Source: Chlorokybus atmophyticus
Taxonomy: Eukaryota > Plantae > Mesostigma and Chlorokybus algae
NCBI GenBank assembly: GCA_009103225.1
Contig: RHPI01003488.1
Span: forward strand, 325,448 to 389,447
Length of the DNA stretch: 64,000 nt
Reading direction: 5' to 3'
The notes under the pieces are model-generated. The model saw only the letters and a program-made list of their open reading frames with translations, made no database searches and had not been told where the DNA came from. Shown in pieces: positions 25,900-39,467 of the stretch; within the stretch, counting starts at the first letter, position 1, and each line of letters begins with the position of its first letter. The position numbers and the translations under genes were made by a program.

Positions 25900-26409
25900 G
25901 TATCTTACTCTGATCCGTACCCTCCTACATAAGCTGCTACTTCACGTGTATGCAAATGCGTGATAGCGATCAACGCGTGCACCGCTGTAATTATGTACAT
26001 AGTGGCTATGTATATAGTGGCTCGCCAAGCGAGCGATATTGTGATATATAAACAAAAAGCCGCTTCATTGAAGTTTATTAGAGCGAATGCATTGATGCTT
26101 AAATCGATAACATATGTGATAAACGTATTGCATCTCATAGTTACATAACATGATCACAGCAATGAAGGTATGTATTATGCTTACATACGATATCTAACAC
26201 CTTTATATATAGTAAATAGTGGTCATGAATCACCATAAAGTACATCAATATGTGACATGCAAAGTACATGCAAAGTACACAACAAAAACACATGAGATGC
26301 AATACGTTTATTACATATAACACGTCATTGTGACCATAATGCATATATCGGACGAATCACATGTCGTTGAAACGCATTGTCATACAATATGCATCAGGCA
26401 GGATGCTAA

Positions 26410-26445
<36 letters not shown>

Positions 26446-27450
26446 TCACGCATCTATATATATGCGACATTACATATATATATATATATGTATACGTATA
26501 TGTATATATATATTCATCTTCACGCACCTATATACATGCGACATTAGTTTAATGGTTGTCTATAATTTACTTATGTGCTGAATAACTGTTATTCGGGGGG
26601 TGTTTATTGTAGGAATTCCTGCACTATATATAGTGCCTTAATACACCTTTCCTTAATGTATTAACGAGCTATATATACGCAAGTAGCTAAGATATGTGCA
26701 CAAAATTTTAATGCAATTATAGTTGCTTGGTCCATCTATTAAGTCTATAATGTGAATCGCAAATGAAATGAGTGTGGTACAGCGTTATCCACTTGTATGC
26801 CACATTTACATGGTCAAAGAGCTGTAAATATGAGCCTCATATCTGCATAAGCGTTGACATACTTGAGAATGTCAACTATCATGTATAAGACAGTATAAGC
26901 GGTTATAATTGCATTGATGCGTTGACAAGTAAATTGTATTAATAAGCTGGGCTACTTAGCCCAATCACTACGCTAAATAGAGATACAGTCCTCATCTTTC
27001 TTGTCATAATCAGCCAGCTTCGGTCAGACAAACATAGCTTATGAACAAAAAAGTCTAGGTGCTGATTATGCTATGCAGGTTATGTATACGCGATGTTTGA
27101 AGTAAGTTCCTTCACATTCCTCCAGGTTTTAAAGTTTTCCTACAAGACCCTATTCCATACTACCCATTATCCAACTGATGAGATCAGTAGTTACATAATT
27201 AATTGTATAAACCAGGTATATGATTGGACACAAGGCTGACGACATTAAAGTGCCTGATCGCAACATCATCCAGATCTTCAATAGACAAGGAGTGGAGTTG
27301 TCTAGTCTAACCTTGAGATGTGTTACAGCTTTCACAGGTTAAAACAGACTTTATGAAGTAACTAGACCAAGGGAACCAGTACCAACACTAGGTGGTCTTT
27401 CTAACTTGATTGTAACCAGGTCTCAAACAGAGTCATCTCTTCGCTAGTAT
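25900..27450. other. AT-rich island, probably decayed transposon material; contains (AT)n at 26412-26440
   Basis: Sharp compositional contrast with the flanks and no credible long ORF. Confidence 0.55.
27150..27450 (-). pseudogene. Possible retroelement integrase zinc-finger relic
   Basis: The minus-strand frame RPGYNQVRKTT*CWYWFPWSSYFIKSVLTCESCNTSQG resembles the HHCC region pattern G...T......YW.P.....V..C..C. It contains stops. Confidence 0.3.
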
Positions 27451-27469
27451 AGTTGTTTCAACAGATCCT

Positions 27470-28960
27470 GCGGCATGTCCATAACAACCCATGCACGGCT
27501 CAACTCCACTGCTCACACAACACTGTTCAATGCAACAAGTTGAACTTGTTGCATTGAATGCAGAGAGTTGTCCCTGTGTCGTACCATGCGAAATGGCAAG
27601 TACCCGTGATGCGCGGGGATGGCTGCAGCTTCACGTACATCCCACGTGCATGTGAAGCAACACCGTGTTTGTGACAAAAGCAGTCGTAGAACAAGCTATG
27701 CGAATGTTGTCAGTGAGAAACAGGTGTACGTCGCTTTCAAGACACATGTTGGTGCAAACTGCTCACTGAAAGACAATTTGTGTGCGCGCACCTTCGGTGT
27801 CAGGCTCATGGTTCCGCGCTTCACAACAGTATGCGCCGTTGGCGGCATTGTAATCATCCCAGTCGACTATCGTCGTGCAATTCGTGCTCAGAGCGATAAG
27901 GACCCTAAGCGATATTGCCTGAGCCGAATCCTGAGGCAGTCGGCAATCAGGAAGACGCACGCACGCTCGCGCACTTGTTTCTACACATACACGTTGTGCA
28001 TGTGGCACACGTGCATGCACACGCACATGCACGTGCAGACGCAGACGTGCATGCACGCGCACAACTGAATATACTAACTTAGCTCCTATTACTGGCCTGT
28101 AGCTGGACAACTGGACAGCCCACGTTGGGTGCTGGCACCCAGGATGCATCGTTCACCTCACCATACCCTCCATCCGGATACTCAGATCTACAAGACAACA
28201 ACCAGCGTTGCGCAATGAAGGTACATTGCCAGCACAACTCATTGTTACATACCCAGTCACCAAGGTGAAGGACATAGTCGATGTCAGTGCGGCGCGCAAT
28301 TTCCTCCTGCACGTTGTTGACGTTAACAGCGTGAACCATCAGTTTGACAACTGAAAACTAGTGTGATGGCAAGGCATATCTTGTGGGAGCCTAATACCCT
28401 TGAAGTTACTGAATGGCAGGTTCGAACAGGAGGCCATCTTGAAGCGGACGGAGGAGACATCTGCGTCGACGGGCGGCAGCGTGCGTGCGCGGCCAATAGG
28501 TTCATCACTGCCAACGCTGAACTGGTAGAAGACAGTCTAATTTGGAGAAAGCCCGCTGGCATTCACCTGAGCACAATGCAGCACACTCAGGCTGCCATTG
28601 CACACAAGTACTGTGCCTAACATCACTAGACAGCACTGAACGTTGCCATAAGGACAACGACATCTCACGTTTACGGTGTAGCCCACATTTGCGTTCAACA
28701 ATTTGGTTGTCATCGTGCTAGACAGGACTCGCAAGCGTACTACGGCAGATGTGACAGTGCAGTTGACTGCAACGCTGCCTGTCCGCCCTGCCATGAAGAA
28801 CAATGAGTTGCGTGAATGGGTGTGCACTTCACCGTCTCTGACAACACCATATGCACGTGCACACAAACGCACACGCATTAGTGGTGGGCTGTACGCGAGC
28901 CTCTGGAGTCCAGAGGATCACGGTGGTCTGCTGCAGCTCATCGTCTTGCTACATCCTGTC
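27470..28960 (-). pseudogene. phoD: PhoD-family alkaline phosphatase, N-terminal half (pseudogene)
   Basis: Exon-separated motifs in protein order: TVILWT; NVGYTVNV; SGLSPN*TVFYQFSVGSDEPIGRARTLP..FKMASCSNLPF (TAG at 28537-28539); IDYVLHLGDW/I-EY (frameshift); VDWDDYNAANGAY..NHEPDTEG; WDVREAAAIPAHHGYLPFR. Confidence 0.82.
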
Positions 28961-31289
28961 AGCAGTTAATCAACGAGTTGATCAACTTGGTGGCCATGCA
29001 TGAGAGAAAATCAGCCAACATAGTCCTGCATGCCTGTTGGGAAGGCTGGCCTTATACTTGAGTACCAATACTGTCGTTTTGGGCCGTGTCAGCAGCAGCT
29101 TGCATCAGCCCCCCTCCGGCCCAACCGTGTCTGCGTGCATGACACAAGCCATGCATTATGTGTTCATGCATGCACGCTGGTCGTCCCTGCATGCGGGTGT
29201 GTGGTTGTTTGTAGCGCTATGAATGCAGGTGCTACTGTTGACTTGTAGTGGAGGCTGCCATCTGCGGTCGGCGTCCTGGCCATGGAGACGCAAAGGCGAG
29301 GTTGGGCGTGTGAGGTCGGCATGCTGCTTGGCCAATGTTGCACACAACGAGCACCGCGAAGTACACAGGAAGCCATCTCCGGCCGTCCAAGGTGCAGTGT
29401 GAGCAGCTGAAGACTGCGCTTGTTGCGGTGAGACAAGCGCAGGCTATCATCTTCCTGCAGACTGCATGCACACCACTCAGCATGCATGCAGTCAGAACTT
29501 GACATACCCCCAGTTGGCGTGCTTGCGTCAGGCTCAGCCGCGGCGTGACTACTACTACAGCTGACACATGGGAAAGAATACCAAGAGTACTGTGCCAACT
29601 ACCAGCAGACACGCAGCAGCACGCTCCGAGCCTGCGGCAGGCTTGTGACTGTCTCGACTGTCCAACCACTAAACAAAAAGCACCCCCGCGGAGTAACAAT
29701 ATTAACAACCAGGCCAAACCATCCTCCCTGGGGGGCTGGTCAATTGCAAGCTCACCACAAGTCAACGCACCGCAGAAGCCGAGCCACAGGCAGAGGCGGA
29801 GGCAAAGACGGAGGCCGGCTCTGCGACGGCGGCGGCTGCCAGCTCCGGTTTCACCAGGCAATCAGCCACCAGGCTGCCTAGCTATGACCATTCACAGTGC
29901 ATGTGTACCGTCACCTCCACCACCACCTAGGCCTTCCTCGCCACAGCACCGGAGACGCCTTGCCACAGCCAACCTGCCCGAGGTGAGAAAAACAACAATA
30001 AACGGGGACCCCTATGCCACGCTATTGACCCCGGAGCCGAACCGAGGTGAGGTGCTAGAGCAGCTTCACTGAGTTGCCGTCCCGGTGCGTGCAAGCTCAT
30101 AGGTTGCCTCCAAGCTTCAGGACCCGCCTTGTCTCACGTTAGCACAGCCACAGGCAGCTTGCCGGCGGCAGCATGGTGGCACCATAAGGGTGCCGACGCG
30201 TGCCGGAGTGAAAGTGTTGGGGCTGCATGCGTGTGTGTGAGAGTTTGAGGCGCAGTCAGTACGCACACTGTGTGAGGGGCTCTCACTGAGCCTCTAATGC
30301 ACGGAGTGTGTGTGTCTCAGAGTCGTGCAGGTCTTAAATTGAGATGCTTCGGGCGGTCGCTTTGATATGCGAAAGCAGAGGGACTTCATCGTTGAACGGC
30401 CATCACGACGAGTGCTGGCAATCACCAGTGATGTACTACTAACATCGTGATGACCGCTGCTGGTCAACGACCGCAGGCTGTGGTCCGAACATGTCATGAT
30501 GCATCAACATCATGATGACTCATATGAGTCATCATGACAGTGTACATATATGTATGAGACAACACAGTGGTATGTGCAGCACACATGCACGCAAGCAAAT
30601 CAACGAGCAGTAGGGGGCTTGGCATGGGCAAACAGCGGGGGCTGTTTGCCCACGCCAAGCCTGCTGTTATAACCACGCCATTGGCATGTGTGGGATGGCA
30701 TCCTACACTTCCACCTCGCCATCCCCCCAGCAGCCCAGGATCTTGCTGAGCAGCTTGAGGTCGATGGGGTAGGCAATGGCAACAATCCAAGCAGATAGGA
30801 AGGTCATGACACGTGCACAGATGAACCTCAGGGACCTGCCGTCAGGCAGCCCATCTGACTCACGCTCACATTTTCAACCAACTGCAGGCCAAAGCGCTGG
30901 CCGGCCGGCTGTGATGCCACTCAGCAGTAGCAGGCAGTACTGGTTCAGCTGTCATGTGCGTGACAGCACATGCGCTGGCACATTAATGATAGCCCACCCC
31001 AGAATGCACTCATAAACATGTCATACATGACACTTGCACCTGCGCTGTTCAAGCAGTCCCCCCCAACGTCACCCAGAATTGACCAACATTGCCTTAATGG
31101 CGCTGCAATGTTTCAGCCCGAATCAAGAAGGCTAGCCACATACACTTGCAGAAACGTGAGCCCCGCAAGTGCAAACGCAATAGCACTATACACAACAGCT
31201 ATCACCACCACTCCCTTGGCAGCCAAAACTGTCACCCCCTTTCTGAAGGCGCAGGTGCGTTGCCGGTGACATCAACAATCTGATCACCT

Positions 31290-32117
31290 GTGGCCTCAAC
31301 CAAGTGCGTGGTGCAGCATTGATCTGCCATGATGACTTGCCGGCGCTTGTCAAGTAATCACGCGTGTCAATTGTGGACGCATTCACCCACCCCGCACGAG
31401 ATTAGTTGACATCAAGAACGAGGTACCCACGATCGACCAAGTTGACGAACTTGAGATGGGGGAGGAGGCTGTAAGCTGCAGGCTCTACTGAGTTGAGAAG
31501 TGAAGTCCGTGTATGTGCTTTGCTTGCACAGAGAGACCAGATGTAAGGAGCTTGCCACTGCAATGTGAGCAAGATAATGTGTGTGGTTGAATGATACTTA
31601 CTCCACTGGAATGAGAGGGGAGTCCCCCTCTCATTCCCGCGTCACATAGAAGTGCCGGAGCTGCATACGAACTCCACAGCGAGAGAGCCCTGTCCACTGG
31701 TTGTATTGATGGTATGATGGTATGGTGATGTGGTATGATGGTATTGTCGTTGTTTGGATCAGGTAGAGGCACGTCGCATGCCTTATGAAAGCAGCATATG
31801 TAACGCCGCCGGCCAGGCGGCCTTGTCATGTTCTCCTACGACATACATGCATGACAGCAGTTGTCCACAGCCTCACACAAGTTGAATGGATGTCCCCAGT
31901 CAGAATAATGGTGTTGTCATTGTTGTTGTCCCTTAGGAACGTCGATATGTCCCGCCGGTCAGCTGCAATACGGCAAGTTTGGGTATGTGTACCAAGTCGC
32001 ATACGAAAAAACAACAACATGCCACGTACTTGGGTATCCATCCCACCAATCAACGCGAATGCTGAGAGGCCCTCAGCATACTCCGGGCGATCAACTTGTT
32101 TGTTGGTAATGTTCTGC
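31290..32117 (-). pseudogene. phoD: PhoD-family alkaline phosphatase, C-terminal half (pseudogene)
   Basis: WDGYP|TDRRDISTFLRDNNNDNTIILTGDIHS (frameshift before WDGY); ACDVP..DP; GQGSLAVEFVCSS; SPHLKFVNLVDRGYLVLDVN* (TAA at 31402-31404). Confidence 0.82.
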
Positions 32118-35100
32118 ACAAGTGTGAGAATGCATGCAACTTAATGACGGCGAATGCTGTGCAGTTTGGTCACATTCCATGTTGATAACAAACCCATGTA
32201 CACGGCAAACACTTGGCTTTAGCAGGAGAGCATGGAGTGAGCGCCATGCAATCATCATTGGCAATCAGAACTCAAACTCAAGACTGTCAGCAATTTTCAC
32301 GCACCTCTACGGTCTGTAAGCAGCAGCGCGTGAGTCACAGTGTGGTGCGCAGCGCAGCGCAACGCATGCCTGCATGCATGTCATACCCTTGACCCCCGCC
32401 GCCTGCTGCCTTACCCGACTCCCCTGAGAGAGCCGCTCTCTGAGGCAGCGAGAGAGAGGATGAGCTTCCTCCGCTGCATGCACTTCTCTCACCATAGGTT
32501 CGTAGTCTGCGCCACCCCCATCCCCACCCCTCCGCCGCCGGCGGCGTCGCCTGTCCTGACCACAGAGCCTTTGGCCACACTGTGCCATGGGCCACAGCGC
32601 ATGCATACGATCGTTTGATATGTGTCGAAGCCGCTCTGAGTAGGCCCTATTGAAGCGCCTCTTGAGCTGCAGGCGGCCGCGGGGCAGGTGGCAGGTGGAG
32701 GGCTGGCGGCGACTGTGGTGGGGTTGGATTGAAGCGGATGTAACTGCCTGCTTGCTCGCAAAGAAGGAAGAAGCAGGGGCTCAAGGTGCGGTAGCAATGT
32801 CCTTGTGCCGTGCATGCATACCCCTGTTTGAGAGCAGCTGTGCTGGACAGTCCTTGCTGTGATGGTGTCAGCACTTGTCGTTGTTGTTACTGCTGTTGTT
32901 TGTCCAAATCTCTTCTCAAGCTGCTGCCGGCAACGATGGCTATGTGTAAAGTAGTTACAGAGGTAGAGTGAGTAACACTATGTTCGCGTAGTCAGTCAGT
33001 ACGCAGAGAGCCGGGTGGTCTAGGGTCTACGCAACAGTAGCGGTGGTTTGATGTGTGAGGCGCCGCCTACTGACTATAATGCGCGCTGAAGCTGCAAAAC
33101 CAAGTATGCATCATATGCAGCGGCAGCCACGTTAACAACTTCAGCCGCTAGTACTGCTGGTAGCTGGAGTGCAGGCTGGCCGCCACAGTAGGATTGTGTG
33201 TACACATTTCGTATGCTTGCCCCGGGCCTGTGCGGTTGTGGCAGCAGTGTCTTAGCCGTGTAGATATAGCTCAGCTAGCGTTGTATGCAGGCTAAACAGA
33301 TTACTTTTGCATATGTCCACTTGTTGTGCAACAAGGCTTTTGCGTTGCACTGCAGTAGTCAAATTTCCGACAAAGCACGCAGCTGGTTAACAAAACTGTT
33401 CGTGTGTCTGAATGCAAAACGCAGGTGACACGCCATAAACATGGCGGTGCACTGCAAGTGGCACTTGCACGGTCTGGTCGTCGACGCCACAAGCAGTCTT
33501 CTGCAGGTGGCGTTGTGCCTGTCAATCTTTTACTGCTACTGGCATGGCGACGGCCCGACGGCAGCAATGTGCGGCCCGAACTACATTGATGGGAGCCACC
33601 AGCTGGCTGGCTTTTGCGTACGCTATGTTGCATTGGTACAAGGTCGTGGCGCAGTTGGTCGGCATCTTGGTGAGTGAATGAGTGAGTGTGTACGTTTGTT
33701 GTTGTGTATGCACGCAAGAGTATGAGCGAGTTGACTTAGTTGCGCATGCATATGCGCTGGTAGAGACGCACATGCTCACTCAAATTCGCACATATGTGCA
33801 CACGCATGCACGTGTGCGCACATGTGGCCCATGCAAGCGGCATGCCTGCCTGCCAACAACAACTGTGTGTATGTACGCAGCCTAGCGTGACGCCACGCTC
33901 GCGAGCTCCCCACAGACATCTCCCCTACCTACCTGATGTGCGCTGGTGGGGTGTCTTCCTCAGCGCCCTGGTCCTCTACAGCCTGTACTGGCGAGGCATG
34001 GGAGCCCTCTATGATCAAGCGAAGACTGGCGTGCCTTGGATTGTCATCCTCAACGCTCGCGGAGCTGAGCTGGCTGTACCAAAGGATTGCTGCCTATGTA
34101 CACTAGTGATAGGCTGGTGTCAATGACTAGGGCTACTGTACGACACTAGTAGCGTTGTTGCGTGAAGGGCATTGGTTGTGTAGAAAGTCGGCGCGCACGT
34201 CTCATCACATATGCACACGACACTAGGTGACACAGTACTCATTATGTGCTTTATGCCTTTGCCTGTTCAAGCACATGTTGCTGCAGCGTGTTTGTTCAGG
34301 TGTTGGTGCTCATTGCAACCGCGTGTGACAAAAGATGCAAGCTGCATCACGCACATGCACAGCACACAGCAAGCATAGCAAACACCCACATACTCACTCA
34401 GCACACCGCATTTATGTTTATACTTCACACCACCGGGCTATCTACTCTCCTACATATCTCACACAGCACTTCACATACCCTATATACTTACTACTATTAC
34501 CCCGTTAGACCACATGCAGTGCATGCATGGCAAATGTGTTTGTACCTCCAGCTGGCGGCAGCAGGACAAAGTTGGGTCCGGCAGGAAGAAGACAGGGTTG
34601 CGTCCTTTGTTGAACTATCCACATCAAATATGCCGCGCTTCAGCGCCACCCAATGCTGATACCTGATGCAGACGCCTACGCAAATGAACTTCGCTTGCGT
34701 GTCACTTGAAGTGACACGAGCAATTGGCGGTGTGTGCAGCAATTGGGTAAGGTGCGTTACGTGGGGGCAAGAGACTTCAACTGATCACTTACGGGCTTAG
34801 AATGTTGAGCCCATAGATACCCGCGCATGTGTAGCAGGAGTGCATCATGTTGTGGCGCATGTTTGCTAATGTCCATCAGTAGCAGTTGAGCAGATCAGAC
34901 AAGACGCACATCACACTCGTGCTGAGTGGGCTCAGTGACTCAAAGCTATACACGCGTGCGCACACAGCCAGACATGCACATGCCCATGCACCTTTGAAAC
35001 GATGTCGTGTTCATGAACAACGCGAAGCACCATCAACACCCATCTTCACGAAGTTGCTGAGCTTTTTCTCAGTGTCGTAGAGTTAAAGCCCAACAAGCAA

Positions 35101-36379
35101 TGTGCACGCACATGCACGCGCACACATGCGCAGGCACCTGCGCGCGTATACACACACGTGCGCGCCTGCATGCGTGTGTGGTGAGGCTGTCTAAGTGCAT
35201 GTGCGTGCACACGTGTGCATGTCAGTGCACGTGCGCATGTGTGTGCATACTCTGCATGCATATGTGGTGCATCTGTGCGTGCATACGCATGCGCACGATT
35301 GTGTACAGGTGTCGGTGCATACGCGGGCGTGTGCATGTTTGCGTGTGCATGTTTTTACACATGACATACGCAACTCTCTTCAAAGTACTGCCATCACCCT
35401 AAGTGTTAATAGTCATTCTACAAGTGCCAGCCATATCAACCTCATGCAAGCGNCGTCACATCGTCCTCCCACCTGATGTGATACTCATGTGTGACACGCA
35501 CGCATGTAAACACATGTGCGCTATATTGAAGCACATTTACATGCATGTATGGACCATATTTTCAACAGTGCTGATATCAAAGGAACAAAATCATCTACTG
35601 TGTGCACAGGTTGTACCATGCATGCAAGTGTATGCGTACATGTACATATCTGCACACATGGTGAAAAAGCACACATGCCACTTGCCTTTCATCTGAGGGC
35701 GCCTCAAGCCTCACCCTTGCTTCCGCCTTCCAATAAGCCGCTTCTTCATCAATTGGCACCCCTGTCAAGGGGGGGAGGGCGGGGGGAGTTTGAATGACCA
35801 TCACGAGTACGAGATTATTTACCTTGTGTATGTCGTGTGGACCATATTACAAACGTTATCAACCAAGCACGAACAACCAATATTGGCTGGATAAAATAGT
35901 CTTTCCATTCCATTTGGTTGTGCAATTCATTCAAGTCCGAAACGTCCACATGACCAAAACAAGTTGCTTGGTGCGCTTGTTGAACGACTCTGATACGAGA
36001 ATGCTCTAACCATCCCGTGCTGCAACGTAGTTGGACTAAATGCGATAACCACCTCATGTGTGTGGCGAGCATGTACTTAGTATTGGTATATGCATACCGT
36101 GTCAATCCAATGACCTGGTTATTGCTCAACACACGTTGTTTGTCGTCACAAGCCTTGAGCGATATCACCTGGCGGCGGCAGCAGCTCGGCCATCAACATC
36201 AATTCATCCAGCTGGTCTCTCTGCAGCCAAATGGGAGATTGTAACAAGACTCGCAGCGCTGACCATATAAAGCGAGGTTATTGAACAGACATCAGCACAA
36301 GAATTGTTACTGCTACATTCAACGCTCAGTCTGACGGCAAGACGCGAAGACCGCCGACAGTAGTCAAACCCCACAACTC

Positions 36380-39000
36380 AACTGAAAAGGGATGGACGCA
36401 CCTGTGCCATAAGCTTGGATAGGGAGTGCACTTGCGCTGTGGCATTGCCTGCGCTGCGCCGCGACAGGCCTGCCCCCGCGCCAAACAGCGAAGCCGTCAA
36501 CGCGTCCATCTCCGCCTGAACCAAGCACCTGCTATCAAACCCCGTACCGGAATGCGTGGTGGAGATGCACCATATGCAACACACGGGAGAGGCCAACTTG
36601 ACCCGCTACCACCATGCACGCACCTGCTTTTGTGCGAGCGTTTGGGCCAGTCGGGTGCCAACTTCGCTGATGCGTGCTCGCTTAGCTGCTTGCCACGTGT
36701 TCGACTGCATTTGTCGCATTGGCAACAACACCGATATTCAATATGAAAAGGACCAACATGTGTGCGTGAGACATGCTGACCAGGTGCAGGCTTGCTTTGC
36801 GCAAGCGCTCGCATGGCGACGGCAAAGCGCATGCGGAAACAACGCCGGCAAGTGTGCGTTTGACTTCATCGCAATGCCTCGCCCACAACCGCCTTGCCCT
36901 CTGCGCGTGTACATGTGTGTGTTCGCGCACGCGTTGTGCATGCGTGCATGCCGTCGCTCAGCACTCAGTCGTTGACAACAACAACAAGGTACTTTATGTC
37001 TGGGTGGGGCCCCGTATTGTCACCTTGATAGCCTTCTCATCGGCTTCAATGGACTCCTCTTGCTGCCGTGAAGGCGCGGGTGTCACCAGCAACATTGCGC
37101 TGTCGTTCACTCTCGCTTGCCGATCATTGTTGTCGGCGGACACGAGTGACTGCAGCCTCTCTCTGACGCTGCACAAACGACAAGTGTGCGTGATGCAAAC
37201 GACACAATGCAACAGGCGTGTGCGCTCGGCGGCAGCAGCATCAGCACCGCCACCTTGCGAGCGCGTATTCGTTGGCAAGCTCCCTCGCTGCTGCACTGTT
37301 GTCGTGGTGACTCTGTGCTTCTTCAACTGTGTCGCGGTGATGCTGCCGGTCATCGCGGGTGTCGCAGCAATACACGTTGAGCGACACATGTTGAAACACC
37401 ATCGTGACGCACGGCAGGGGCGGCCTACGCAACATCAAGACATCAACATCAAGAGTGCGCAGAGGGCAATGAACCAGTTGTTTGTGGAGTAGCAAGCAAG
37501 CAAGTAGTAATCAGCCCACTTGGCAGGATTGGAGCTGCGCCCATGCTCGACGGCGCCAGCCCCAACGCATGGCACGACGTGCTTCACCTGCGTGCCCACA
37601 CCGTGGTCACATCTCTGCCTGACTCCCCTCAGCCAGACAGTCCATAAGACAAAGGTCGAGTGTAGTGTAGTGTAGTGTAGTGTAGTGTAGTGTAGTGTAG
37701 TGGACATCATTGAAGAACTGTGCATGCTGATGTGGTCACACAGCATTGACAGTCGCAAAGGCAAAATCAGCATTGACACACACGCGCACCTGTGAGGTGA
37801 TGAGATGGAAGGCTGATCCGTCCAGCACGAGCATAACAGGGCAAGGCGCATGCCGTTGCGGACACTCACACACCCTACCTGGGATGGCAATGGCCATGAT
37901 GACAACAACAATTACGCAGCGAGAGCATTGCATGCGTACCTACTTGATGTGGTGCTCGCTTCAGGAGCCGAAGTAGAAGGAAGCTCCTCCTCCTGCTGTT
38001 CAGTGCAAAAGTAGACCTCCGCAGCCTGGTGCAGAGCAAAACAACACAGTCGTATCATGCCACTGTGACACGACGCACACAATTGCCGCTCGTGCATGGT
38101 GGTCTTGTTTAGGACTCTACCGACCAGCTGGGAGGCGGGCTGGCTGCCGTGGTTCGCCCCAAACGAGGAGGAGGATGGGGAGGGTAGGAATGCGATGTGT
38201 GCGGCGTCGTCGGCGGCTGCCCCCTTCACCTCCTGCTGCTGCTGCTGCTGTTGGTCCCGCAGGCTGACGTGGAAGCTTGCGGCGCCGCTGAACGCTTTTC
38301 GGTAGCAGGACGCCGTCGTCGGTGTGGGTGTGGTCGTGGTCATGCTATGGCATGGGTTGAGGAAGGGCTGCAGCCGCAGGAATGCCAAACGATCCATGGG
38401 GGGTTGCCAAGCGTGAGGTTGACAAACGCCTCCCCAGGCCGTTGCGCCGTTGCGTCAGTCACAGAGAAGCGTTGGGTTCTGCACTTGAGTGTCACATGTG
38501 ATGTGATGCCCGCATCGTCGACCGCCGCCAGGAATGGCCGCAATGGGTGCATGCTCCCGGGCTTTAGTTTTCCCATGCAGCATTCCATGCATGTTGTCCA
38601 CCACGTCCACCACCACCCGACATGGGCGCAAACAGCTTGCTATATATGCGAGATGTTTCTCACCATGTCGCGCGGTGGTGGCTTGGTAGTCATTGTTTTT
38701 GTTTATGTAGGTAAACGTGCCCGTCACCACCCTGTCGTCATGGCTGCATCCTTGGTGCAGCAGCTGGTGCTTGAGCACAACTACCTCTGTGCCCAATATT
38801 ATACTCATTGCGCCACAACAAGCCGCGTGCTGACTGCTGACTGCTGACTGACACAAACGAGCAGGAGGAGCATCATCACAGTCACCTCTCTGGTTGCTTT
38901 TGTCACAGAGTGACAAAATGTTGCCAGAAGGGCTGCTTGATTCCCATAACGTACGTGCAGGAATACAGGTCGGGGATAAAACAGGTAAAACTGCGGCGAT
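36380..39000 (-). pseudogene. Unidentified multi-exon gene or gene relic
   Basis: Several exon-like open segments with GT donors (e.g. EMDALTASLFGAG..KLMAQ|, RLQSLVSADNNDRQ..EKAIK|) and a long GC-rich segment at 37912-38588 with an apparent 1-nt frameshift in a C run near 38400. No family recognised. Confidence 0.3.
37661..37700. repeat. (TGTAG)8 microsatellite
   Basis: Read directly from the sequence. Confidence 0.95.
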
Positions 39001-39467
39001 GCCTGCAAGCATGACTAGCAGGGTTGGGCTGTAGTGGTAGCGGTCGGTGGTAGGTAGGTGGGTAGCAGAAGGAGTTGGTTTAGCTCGGTGGTCATATGTT
39101 GGCGTGAGGTGAGTGTGCGCGATGTAGCTGAACAAGGTGACATGCAAAGCATGCTGAACGTGTGCAAAGCATCTTGCATGCATGCATCATCACTTTGCAT
39201 ATTCTACTCACAATAAGGGCCGCATATGGTAAATGCATGTTCGTCCATCAGAAAGAACCTGTCAAAATGATCCATGCAGCTGCTCACCCAGCCACAGCAC
39301 AGGACAGTGTATACGCAAGCACGAAACCCAAGAGGCTACAAGAATACACAACTGCAGGCCGACGGCGCCTGTGACAGCGCTCGTTCCCACGACGCTTATT
39401 CACCCATTATTGCTGACAGTATCATACCCCTAACAGCCTACCTATTCACACTACCACTGCCCCACCC

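Noticed and set aside
32240-32275. Plus-strand IIGNQ as the missing PhoD middle exon, inverted
   Set aside because: The Trp spacing does not fit the WK.IGNQ motif and there is no further similarity; too weak to call.
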